Below, piece after piece: positions 26,872 to 37,050 of a DNA stretch of 64,000 nt; the stretch's first letter is position 1; the number at the start of each line of letters is the position of its first letter. The notes beneath the pieces are model-generated. The model was not told the DNA's origin, ran no database searches, and saw nothing but the letters and a program-made list of their open reading frames with translations. The stretch is from positions 496,001-560,000 of the forward strand of contig NIVC01000413.1 of assembly GCA_002269645.1 (NCBI GenBank), in the 5' to 3' direction. A program made the position numbers and the translations under genes. The DNA is from Macrostomum lignano (taxonomy: Eukaryota).

Positions 26872-27076
26872 GGGCCTGGCTGCGTGTAGCCTAAGTCTAT
26901 GGGCCATAGACAATAAAGGACAAGCAAAGTGATAAAAAGCCATCCAATGTGAGAATCGATTGGTCTATGCGTCGTATTCTTTTATTTTTATACCTTCTGA
27001 GCCATATGACTAGCCAATCCTAGCTTATCCTTTATAGTCTATGGCCCATAGACTAAGGCTGCACGCAGCCAGGCCC
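26872..27076. mobile_element. MITE-like foldback element, 205 bp, with 40-bp (extendable to about 53-bp) inverted termini
   Basis: 26872-26911 matches the reverse complement of 27037-27076 at 38/40. Each terminus contains the internal palindrome GTCTATG-N3-CATAGAC. No clear TSD. Confidence 0.75.
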
Positions 27077-27107
27077 AAGTGACGCAGATGCATTATAAAC
27101 TCAACTC

Positions 27108-27258
27108 AGTGATTCTACAGCGACTGTAGCACGCCTCAGATACGACTCAACGGCCCATGCAGAGCTATTATAGAAATGCCCCAGAGTAAAACGCCTCAAA
27201 TTGACTCTTAGGCGACTCTGACGACTTGTATCGTGAAATCTCGTCGTTTTAGAGCCGT
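27108..27258 (-). repeat. Dispersed repeat, inverted homologue of 3621-3790
   Basis: See 3621-3790. Confidence 0.75.
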
Positions 27259-27952
27259 CTTGAGTCACCTCTCCTATATTTGACCTGTGTTACCTGCAAC
27301 GACTCTGATAACTACTCTGTTGCGATGAAGTGACTTCGGGACCCTTCTTGGGGCTTTGTACCATTTTATCGGGCTCTGTAGTGTACGTACGACTCGGCGC
27401 AGATGATGCCGCCTTCCGACTGCAGGATTGTCCTCGAAGAATGAAAAACGGTTTTCATAGATCTTTGCTGATGTCGGGAACGAGACCGCCAAAGGTAGAC
27501 AAACTGCATTGGCATGGCAATAAGCCCAAACGGGTTGCTTCCACAAACGCGAAATTTCACAACCGCTAAATCGCCTACTTTCATTTCACCCATAGAATGT
27601 GTTAAAATGGAAAATTAGTCATTTTGTTTCATAAAATGTGTTGTTAACGGCTTCTGTTTTATTTAAACTTAAATTTTTTTAGTATTCTTAACTTCTTCAA
27701 GAAAAAAATTGTACCGGGCTGTGTTTTAAGTAATAATATGCGGATTTAGTTGCACAGATTCAATTGTAACGAAACAGCGCAATCATTTTTTGAACGTTGA
27801 AATCTACGTTGAAACGTTGAAAGCTGAAATTTGAACGTTGAACGTTGAAAGTGGCTGCTTTGGTTTGTAAAAAAATCTACCTTTTTTGTTGGGAATGAGC
27901 AAACAAGTCGTTACTATTAAGTAACAATTTTCAAGCTAAGCTGGGCCTACAG

Positions 27953-28111
27953 CGGCACAAGTTCAGTACGGCAAAAGTTCAGTACGGCACAAGTTCAGTA
28001 CGGCAAAAGTTCAGTACGGCACAAGTTCAGTACGGCACAAGTTTAGTACGGCACAAGTTTAGTACGGCACAAGTTCAGTACGGCACAAGTTCAGTACGGC
28101 ACAAGTTCAGT
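27953..28111. repeat. 16-bp minisatellite (CGGCACAAGTTCAGTA) abutting and overlapping the lectin stop codon
   Basis: About 10 units; the last includes the TCA (28107-28109) that is the minus-strand TGA. Confidence 0.93.
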
Positions 28112-29207
28112 CGAACGGCGACAGGCACTCGCACAGCATGCCACGAGTAGAGATGACATCGGGAGCGAAGTCCCCGATTCCTGTGCCCCACATGCCGGCA
28201 AAGTTCTCAATATGGGGCATGTTGTCTCCAGGCAGTCCACAGGGAGGCATTGATGGCGATGCCGCATGGCTGCCAGCTCCAGCCTCCGGCCGGTTCCACA
28301 CTGCCAGGCGCCTGAACTCCGCCAAGGAGCATGTCTCCTATGCCGGCCATGTACGTGTTGTACAGCTGCAGCATGTGCAGCTTCTCAGCCTCACTGGTCA
28401 CGTCCGACATCATCGCCAGGCCGCCATCCGTCTCGCATTTCTCTTTTCCTTGGTTCCAAGTCATGTAGGCTGGGGAGACAACGTTGTGCACCTTGTACTT
28501 CACTCCGCACAGGTCGTCTCCGTAGCCAGCCGGACACAGCGCGCCCGCCTCGAGTCCCGGCTGCTGCTTCACAAACACCCGGCCTCTCCTGGAGCAGCCG
28601 CAGTCCCTCACCGACTTGCTGCACCTGTCGAACACGAACAGCTGGCACGGACCGTCAGCCAGGCTGAAGGCCTGACAGCGAGCGTTGTCATCACAAGCCA
28701 AGGCGCATCCGGTAGTGGGATTTCGAGTCACCAAGTTAGGAACCGTCTCCGTGAAGTCGGCCGTGATGCACAAGTAGCCGGTGATCAGGCTGTAGGTTTC
28801 CAGCGTTGCGCCTGAAAATCGATGGTAGTAAATTTTGAAATTCGGTCGCTGATGCCAATTCTGCACATTCCGCTGACCGCTGAGCATGTACATGTGCGCC
28901 AATATTGTAACGTACGGCACACACTCATGCACACACTCTCACAGGATGTACAGCGGGCCCTGACCGTCTAATCGTCAGACATGTACACTCCCTGTGCCTT
29001 GGAGTTCGGCATTCATGGCTGTGAATCGCACGGCAACCCCAAGTCGCAGCGCAAGAGTCAGACGCTGAGCTGCTCTGCCCCTGATACTCGTAGGCTAGAT
29101 CGAGTTTTTTAATAATACCAGTATTTATGGTTCTTAAGGACCCTACCTGGAATCCGCAGAGCCAGAACGATAATCGATAGCTTAGCCTGCACTTCGACTT
29201 TGGTCAT
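28107..29207 (-). pseudogene. PAN/apple-like + C-type lectin gene, copy 1, frameshifted near the 3' end
   Basis: Inferred exon 1 29207-29147 (MTKVEVQAKLSIIVLALRIPG, donor G|GTAGG) and exon 2 28811-28107 (acceptor TTTCAG). Nearly identical to 34468-35235 in the middle. An 8-nt deletion near 28231 (corresponding to 34593-34600) shifts the frame before EPGNN. This could be an allele or an assembly error. Confidence 0.7.
28905..29035 (-). mobile_element. Internal fragment of the SINE family seen at 30827-31189, inside the lectin copy 1 intron
   Basis: Shared GGCACACACTCA...CAGGA(G)TGTACAGCGG...CATGTACACT...GCCTTG...GGC..T.AATCG with 30950-31075. Confidence 0.65.
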
Positions 29208-29880
29208 TGTGCTTGTGTTTGATCAGAGCAAGATAGTTTTGAATTTTTTTGCAAACGGATTGTTTTACTCGTAGCTGCTTTGCGCACCTGCTTTTATAAT
29301 AATTTTTCCATTGGCAAGCCACCTCCTTTGTTGCCATAACAGACGTGTGTTGTACAGTCAGTATTAAGAAAAAAATTGAGTAGCTGTACATCTATCCGAC
29401 CTGCATTGAAGTAAGATGCAGCGTGAAGCTGGCGGTTGGTATGGCAACACGAGACCTGTGTTAACCCACCAACCCACGCATTTTCTCTTGCTGCCGTCCC
29501 AACCCCAACCCTTAATCAAGGACCCCATTTGTTTTAACAATTGACGCGTGGCACGCTTAGCGCTGCTTCCTGAAAGCTTTGAAGTCTGTTATAATTTTAT
29601 GATGATTCAGCGCAGGCCATTAAAGCTTCCAGTCCACATTTCTGTTAGTCCCTGCAGGAGTCCCTGTAGCGTTCCTCTAGCATGGTGATAAGCCCAGGCA
29701 GCACGAAATAATTCAGAATTTTTTTTAATGCGTTGCCTCTTCCAAAGCGGAATCAATTATTCCGGCACTCAATGTAGGAGCTTTCAATGCCTCTCATTTA
29801 AATTGGGAATAAGATCGTGGAATCAAATTTATCAGCTAGCTCTGGGAAATTTAGAGGACTGTAGTGAGTGTTGAATATAC

Positions 29881-31600
29881 CAAGGCTCAAGTGGGGAGTT
29901 GCTGAGATGCCATGGCTCAAGTGGGGAGTTGCTGAGATGCCATGGCTCAAGTGAGGAGTTGCTGAGATGCCATGGGTCAAGTGGGGAGTTGCTGAGATGC
30001 TATGCTCAAGTGGGGAGTTGCTGAGTTGCCATGGCTCAAGTAGGGAGTTGCTGAGATGCCATGGGTCAAGTGGGGAGTTGCTGAGATGCCATGGCTCAAG
30101 TAGGGAGTTGCTGAGATGCCATGGGTCAAGTGGGGATTTGCTGAGATGCTATGCTCAAGTGGGGAGTTGCTGAGATGCCATGGCTCAAGTGGGGAGTTGC
30201 TGAGATGCCATGGGTCAAGTGGGGAGTTGCTGAGATGCTATGCTCAAGTGGGGAGTTGCTGAGTTGCCATGGCTCAAGTAGGGAGTTGCTGAGATGCCAT
30301 GGGTCAAGTGGGGAGTTGCTGAGATGCCATGGCTCAAGTAGGGAGTTGCTGAGATGCCATGGGTCAAGTGGGGATTTGCTGAGATGCTATGCTCAAGTGG
30401 GGAGTTGCTGAGATGCTAATGCTCAAGTGGGGAGTTGCTGAAATGCCATGGGTCAAGTGGGGAGTTGCTGAGATGCCATGGGTCAAGTGGGGAGTTTCTG
30501 AGATGCCATGGGTCAAGTGGGGAGTTGCTGAGATGCCATGGCTCAAGTGGGGAGTTGCTGAGATGCCATGGCTCAAGTAGGGAGTTGCTGAGATGCTATG
30601 CTCAAGTGGGGAGTTGCTGAGATGCCATGGCTCAAGTGGGGAGTTGCTGAGATGCCATGGCTCAAGTGGGGAGTTGCTGAGATGCCATGGCTCAAGTGGG
30701 GAGTTGCTGAGATGCCATGGGTCAAGTAGGGAGTTGCTGAGATGCCATGGCTCAAGTGGGAAGTTTCTGAGATGCCATGGCTCAAGTGGGAAGTTTCTGA
30801 GATGCCATGGTTCAAGTGGGGAGTTTTTTATTAGAGGCAGGGGGTTGTGTGCACCCTGGCGCACTTTAAGCGACATAGGCGCACAACCGGCGAGAGGCAT
30901 TACTGCCCATTCCGCCGGCTCCCCTGAGCAGGCATACAAGCGCGCGGATACGTTACGCAGGCACACACTCACACAGGAGTGTACAGCGGCCCTAACTTTA
31001 TTTATTGTTAGGCATGTACACTTCACTGCGCCTTGTGGGGTTGGCTCTCAAGGCCGTTAATCGTACGAGCAGAGCCAAGCCGAGATTCCAATTCAGCCCC
31101 AAATTAATGTGACTGCACTTGGAATCGAGCCTGGGTCGCTGGCACACCAGAGCCTGCGCTAGACCGCAGGGCTACGCCCCCCCCCTTCATGGGGAGTTTC
31201 TAAGATGCATGGCTCAAGTGGGGAGTTGCTGAGATGCATGGCTCAAGTGGGGAGTTGCTGAGATGCCATGGCTCAAGTAGGGAGTTGCTGAGATGCCATG
31301 GCTCAAGTGGGGAGTTGCTGAGATGCCATGGCTCAAGTGGGGAGTTGCTGAGATGCTAATGCTCAAGTGGGGAGTTGCTGAGATGCCATGGGTCAAGTGG
31401 GGAGTTGCTGAGATGCCATGGGTCAAGTGGGGAGTTTCTGAGATGCCATGGCTCAAGTGGGGAGTTGCTGAGATGCCATGGCTCAAGTGGGGAGTTGCTG
31501 AGATGCCATGGCTCAAGTGGGGAGTTGCTGAGATGCCATGGGTCAAGTGGGGAGTTGCTGAGATGCCATGGCTCAAGTGGGGAGTTGCTGAGATGCTATG
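29881..31600. repeat. 30-bp minisatellite (CTCAAGTGGGGAGTTGCTGAGATGCCATGG), split by a SINE
   Basis: Direct periodicity. Confidence 0.96.
30827..31189 (-). mobile_element. Full-length tRNA-derived SINE
   Basis: Minus strand reads A-box-like TAGCCCTGCGG and B-box GGCTCGATTCC, ending CTAATAAAAAA. Flanked by a 10-bp TSD TGGGGAGTTT at 30817-30826 and 31190-31199. Confidence 0.82.
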
Positions 31601-32082
31601 TCTAGAGTATGGCTACAACACAACACAGATACCGAGTGGCCTGCCAAGGAAAAAGACCATGTTACAATATTATAAATTTCCTTGATTAACTTATTGTTGT
31701 CCAAAAAACTACTAATCAACAAATCAGACTACTATAATTAGTAGTATCGCATACTAATTGCTAGGAAAGAATTAATAACGACAGACAAGCCGATCTGGGA
31801 GCAGTTGTGGTCATGAGGACTGACTAGATTAGTCAACTGGAGCATTAATTTGACTTCGATGCCAGCCTTGATGCAGATGTGGAAACTGTGCGAGCGGTCA
31901 AGAGATCAGATCGAGATTTTTAAAAAGAAAATTCAATGGTTGCTATGAACTGTAGAAGTAGTAGCTAAGGTAAATAACAAAAGCTTGCTCTGTTACGACA
32001 GGAGCACTTGATATAATAAGCAAATAATGGTTACTATGGTTGGTAGGAGTGGTTGCTATGTTCGGTAGGACAGGTAGCTAGA

Positions 32083-32610
32083 GCACGAACACTAGCTACT
32101 ACAGCACGGACACTAGCTACTACAGCACGGACACTAGCTACTACAGCACGGACACTAGCTACTACAGCACGGACACTAGCTACTACAGCACGGACACTAG
32201 CTACTACAGCACGGACACTAGCTACTACAGCACGGACACTAGCTACTACAGCACGGACACTAGCTACTACAGCACGGATACTAGCTACTACAGCACGGAC
32301 ACTAGCTACTACAGCACGGACACTAGCTACTACAGCACGGACACTAGCTAATACAGCACGGACACTAGCTAGTACAGCACGGACACTAGCTACTACAGCA
32401 CGGACACTAGCTACTACAGCACGGACACTAGCTACTACAGCACGGACACTAGCTACTACAGCACGGACACTAGCTACTACAGCACGGACACTAGCTACTA
32501 CAGCACGGACACTAGCTACTACAGCACGGACACTAGCTAATACAGCACGGACACTAGCTACTACAGCACGGACACTAGCTACTACAGCACGGACACTAGC
32601 TACTAGAGCA
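32083..32610. repeat. 21-bp minisatellite (GACACTAGCTACTACAGCACG)
   Basis: Direct periodicity. Confidence 0.96.
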
Positions 32611-33844
32611 CGTGTTACTCGTCATTGTCGTAGCGACATACTCTTTCATACTGAACTTTGAATGCATCGTAAACTCAAAAAATTGTTTTAGCCATCTCTA
32701 TCCGTGCAGGCTCTCTCTCTCTGTTTCTCTCTCTCTCTCTCTCTCTCTCCCTCTCTCTTTCGTCTTCTTAATTGATCAGGACATCGATGGGGCGAAAAAT
32801 ATCTTCATCCAACCATGCTGAGAGGCTCCCGCTGAGCGCGTCTGAGAGAGAGGGAGGGAGAGATAAAGGGGGAGAGAGTAGTCAGTCGGTGCATCGAGCT
32901 TGGTTGCTAAACTAACTCCAGAAAGTTTATATTTAGGCTCTGGTTTTGGCCAGAGCTATTTGATAAAAAAACCTGGCACGCTCCGTCAACCATGACTCGC
33001 TTCCAGCTTTTCTGACTTTTCTTCATCCCATCTCTCCATACGCCTTGCTGCTGCATGCCAAACATACGAGCTCACTTGGGGGCAAATTTCATCAAAGCAT
33101 TTATCCATATTGAGTATATCAATCCTTATAAGCCCGCTTGTGATCACTGGGCAGATCAGTTTATCATTTTCAAAGTATATAGCTACATGCTATGGTGGAC
33201 AGTGACCGGGCCATGAAGAGATTGAGTCCCGCTTCTGATGTCGTAACGTTGCTTACTTAGCACTCTATATTTGACAGAGGTTGCTGACTGTGCTCAAACT
33301 CGATTTAGTAGGCGGCTACTTAGGATATATATAGGATCAATAGTAGTATAGCGATAGGAGTGACCTTGACTTTTCGATAGTGTTTGTTATGCTCTTGCAA
33401 CTTTGTCTCTGCACACGAAGGCCCGACTACTAAACTAGCTCTTGTGGCATTAACAATTTTCAGAACTTGCTAATGCTGAAAAACGACAGGCATAATTTTC
33501 GTATTATTTCAGCCTGTTCTTTACTACTGAATGGCTAAAATATCCAACCAAAACTTTCTATCTTTTCTAAAAGTTCAGAGGCAATGCGAGTTCTTGGACA
33601 GTTAAAAAACAAAAGCCTCTTAAAGCCTTGTCAATGTCCTTCTCTGCTCGGCACGGAAAAAATGATCTGCGATTGTTTTGTTCTGCTTTGAAAATTTAAG
33701 GAATGCATTCGTAGAAAAATATTTTAACAGTACTCAAAAGGATGGGAGGAATCCTTTCTATAACTGTAGTCGCAAAATTATAAAGAATTTCAGTATAATG
33801 ACCAATGAATTTAGTGTTTAGTGGGAGAGGACAGTCGATAGTAA

Positions 33845-34330
33845 AAGAGCGAGAGGAAAATCGATAAAACAGCAAGAGAGGAAATCGATAATAAAACAGC
33901 GAGAGAGGAAAATCGATAATAAAACAGCAAGAGAGGAAAATCGATAAAACAGCAAGAGAGGAGAATCGATAATAAAAAAGCAAGAGAGGAAATCGATAAT
34001 AAAACAGCAAGAGAGGAAATCGATAATAAAACAGCAAGAGAGGAAATTCGATAATAAAACAGCAAGAGAGGAAAATCGATAAAACAGCAAGAGAGGAAAT
34101 CGATAATAAAACAGCAAGAGAGGAAAATCGATAAAACAGCAAAAGAGGAAATCGATAATAAAACAGCAAGAGAGGAAATTCGATAATAAAACAACAAGAC
34201 GGGAAATCGATAATAAAACAACAAGACGGGAAATCGATAATAAAACAGCGGGAGAGGAAAATCGATAATAAAAAAGCAAGAGAGGAAATCGATAATAAAA
34301 CAGAGAGAAACAGAAGAAAATCGATAATGC
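33845..34330. repeat. 26-29-bp minisatellite (AAACAGCAAGAGAGGAAATCGATAATA)
   Basis: Direct periodicity. Confidence 0.92.
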
Positions 34331-34467
34331 AAGTATATCAGATCTAGGCAACTTAACACAAACTCAGAAACTTTTACACTGTATAATTCTGAACCAGTTG
34401 GCTCTAAATACTAAGTTAATTGGTGCCTCAAAATAGGTGAGGCGTTCAACTCATCTGCAGTGGCAGC

Positions 34468-35235
34468 TCAGTGGAATGGCGACAAGCACTCGCACAGCAT
34501 GCCACGAGCATTGCCTGCGGCAGGATCAAAGTCCCCGATTCCGGTGCCCCACTTGCCGGCCACATTCTCAATATGGGGCATGTTGTTTCCAGGCTCTCCG
34601 GCAGTCCACAGGGAGGCATTGATGGCGATGCCGCAGGGCTGCCAGCTCCAGCCTCCGGCCGGTTCCACACTGCCAGGCGCCTGAACTCCGCCAAGGAACA
34701 TGTCTCCTATGCCGGCCATGTACGTGTTGTACAGCTGCAGCATGTGCAGCTTCTCAGCCTCACTGGTCACGTCCGACATCATCACTAGGCCGCCATCCGT
34801 CTCGCATTTCTCTTTGCCTTGGTTCCACGTCATTGTGTCTGGCCATAGGACGTTGTGCACCTTGTACTTCACTCCGCACAGGTCGTCTCCGTAGCCAGAC
34901 GGACACAGCGCGCCCGCCTCGAGTCCCGGCTGCTGCTTCACAAACACGCGGCCTTTCCTGGAGCAGCCGCAGTCCCTCACCGACTTGCTGCACCGGTCGA
35001 ACACGAACAGCTGGCACGGACCGTCAGCCAGGCTGAAGGCCTGACAGCGCAGCCTGCGGCCGCACTGAGCAGCGCAAGTGGTGGCAGTCTTGGCACCTGG
35101 AGCAGTTTCAATAAACTCACTGTTGATGCACAGAAAGCCCTCGATCCGATGGAATTCGTCCTTGGTAAACCCGTGCCGCGAAGGAACGATTGCAGCCAGC
35201 ACAATAAGCAGTTTTGAAAATTTTATCCAAAGCAT
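34468..35235 (-). CDS. Secreted PAN/apple-like + C-type lectin protein, copy 2 (intronless, intact, about 255 aa)
   Basis: Signal-like MLWIKFSKLLIVLAAIVPSRHG from the Met at 35235 (the ORF extends to 35280). PAN-like C..QC....RCQAFSL...CQL. CTLD features: MTWNQGKEKC, LGG, WSW, W..GEPGNN, EN, GDF, LCE. Confidence 0.8.
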   Translation of the reverse strand: MLWIKFSKLLIVLAAIVPSRHGFTKDEFHRIEGFLCINSEFIETAPGAKTATTCAAQCGRRLRCQAFSLADGPCQLFVFDRCSKSVRDCGCSRKGRVFVKQQPGLEAGALCPSGYGDDLCGVKYKVHNVLWPDTMTWNQGKEKCETDGGLVMMSDVTSEAEKLHMLQLYNTYMAGIGDMFLGGVQAPGSVEPAGGWSWQPCGIAINASLWTAGEPGNNMPHIENVAGKWGTGIGDFDPAAGNARGMLCECLSPFH

Positions 35236-35659
35236 GTCGCCTTCACGGAACTGCACTGCAGCAAGCGATTTTTGTCTCAATAATTTCAGCGGCGATTAAT
35301 TCGAGAGCGCCTTCTCGCTTTCGCTTTTACCTTCCAATGATATTTCTGCTCTGTTGTAGCTGCGTTGCTATGCAGCGCGAGACGCAGTGCGCAATTTTCA
35401 TTTCAGTTCCCTTCCATTATCGCACTTTGTTAGTTGATTCAAATTGAAAGGATCAATTACGTCGTAGCTTTTCATTTTACTTAAGAGAGTCTTATATGGC
35501 AGTTCGCGTTATGGCTTTTTGCATTTGTTGAACATTTATAGATTGATCTGAATTTTGATTTTTAGTTAAGTGCTAGATTAGATTGAAGACAAATTTATTT
35601 TACGAAGCAGAACTAGCAGGTGCTACGTAAGCGCAATTTATCTAAAAGGGATTTGCGAA

Positions 35660-35985
35660 TCGGTACTCATCTATCGGTACTCATCTATCGGTACTCATCT
35701 ATCGGTACTCATCTATCGGTACTCATCTATCGGTACTCATCTATCGGTACTCATCTATCAGTACTCATCTATCAGTACTCATCTATCGGTACTCATCTAT
35801 CGGTACTCATCTATCGGTACTCATCTATCGGTACTCATCTATCGGTACTCATCTATCGGTACTCATCTATCGGTACTCATCTATCGGTACTCATCTATCG
35901 GTACTCATCTATCGGTACTCATCTATCGGTACTCATCTATCGGTACTCATCTATCGGTACTCATCTATCGGTACTCATCGGTACT
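35660..35985. repeat. 14-bp minisatellite (GGTACTCATCTATC)
   Basis: Direct periodicity. Confidence 0.95.
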
Positions 35986-36749
35986 GAGTAGGCGGAATTG
36001 GTACTCATCTAAACAACCGACATGGTAAATTGACAGTTAGAACTAGGGAATGCAATCCCCGGATCACAGTAGTCCGGGGATTCGAAAATCCCGGGATCGA
36101 CCATCGGAATCGCGATCCTGCTTTGCAATAATTCAATCATTCATTCATAAGTGGTAGTATCTGCAGCTGAGCTACTTGTCAGCTAAAAATCATAACCCAG
36201 TTGTCCTACTTTTATTTCTTAATCTTTTAAGCATGCAGGCTAGTGAGTAGAAGGCTATAGGGCTGCAGGGATACAAAGCAAGAAGCTGTTAGTTGGTCGT
36301 AAGAATATTTAAGGTGTTACATTGTAATAATGTAGAACTACTTTAAGCAGTCCCTACCTTCAAAACTCCTTGGCTGTAGTTGGGATTAGAACAGTGGGAC
36401 CTTGCTATCGGACCACAACCCAAGCTACCACCAATTCTCCATCTAGGGGGATGCCCCTGGGAGGGTGAGGTCTGATCCCATTCTACCCTGGCATCAGTTC
36501 CTCATCAGAGCCATAGCTCTGTAAGCTATCATTCCCCAGGTTACATCACAATCAAGTGTGATTTTCCTGAGCCGATACTGGCATGTAAAAAAGCACGTCT
36601 ATTACGCCAACCCGTACATCACCACTCCAATTCAAAATAATTTATTCTGTTCTACTTTATTATTATTGAAAGCCCTTTAAAATCAGGTTAGATGGCTTCG
36701 TAAACCAAAATTGCACCAACAAAAATTAGAATTTTTTGGTCCAATTTGT

Positions 36750-37050
36750 CGGGATCCCGGGATTGGCAAAGTCTGGGATATCCCGATCCCGAGAATCCCG
36801 GGATTGGCAAAGTCTGGGATATCCCGATCCCGAGAATCCCGGGATTGGCAAAGTCTGGGATATCCCGATCCCGAGAATCCCGGGATTGGCAAAGTCTGGG
36901 ATATCCCGATCCCGAGAATCCCGGGATTGGCAAAGTCTGGGATATCCCGATCCCGAGAATCCCGGGATTGGCAAAGTCTGGGATATCCCGATCCCGAGAA
37001 TCCCGGGATTGGCAAAGTCTGGGATATCCCGATCCCGAGAATCCCGGGAT
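36750..37050. repeat. 41-bp self-complementary minisatellite (GGATTGGCAAAGTCTGGGATATCCCGATCCCGAGAATCCCG)
   Basis: About 7 perfect units containing GGGATATCCC and ATCCCGGGAT palindromes. Confidence 0.95.

Noticed and set aside
29182-29391. 69-aa Cys-containing ORF resembling a secreted peptide
   Set aside because: Weak signal peptide and no processing pattern; overlaps the better-supported lectin exon 1 in another frame.
32053-32661. 202-aa ARTLATT mucin-like ORF
   Set aside because: Starts at a non-ATG codon, consists entirely of a 21-bp array, and has no splice or signal context.
32770-33100. Possible small minus-strand exons (ALSGSLSAWLDEDIF; MDKCFDEICP)
   Set aside because: Phases do not join and no recognisable domain.
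36450-36540. Calling this a canonical HDV-like or hammerhead ribozyme
   Set aside because: Catalytic-core nucleotides do not fit; the minus-strand CTGATGAG has no downstream GAAA. Kept only as an unclassified structure.
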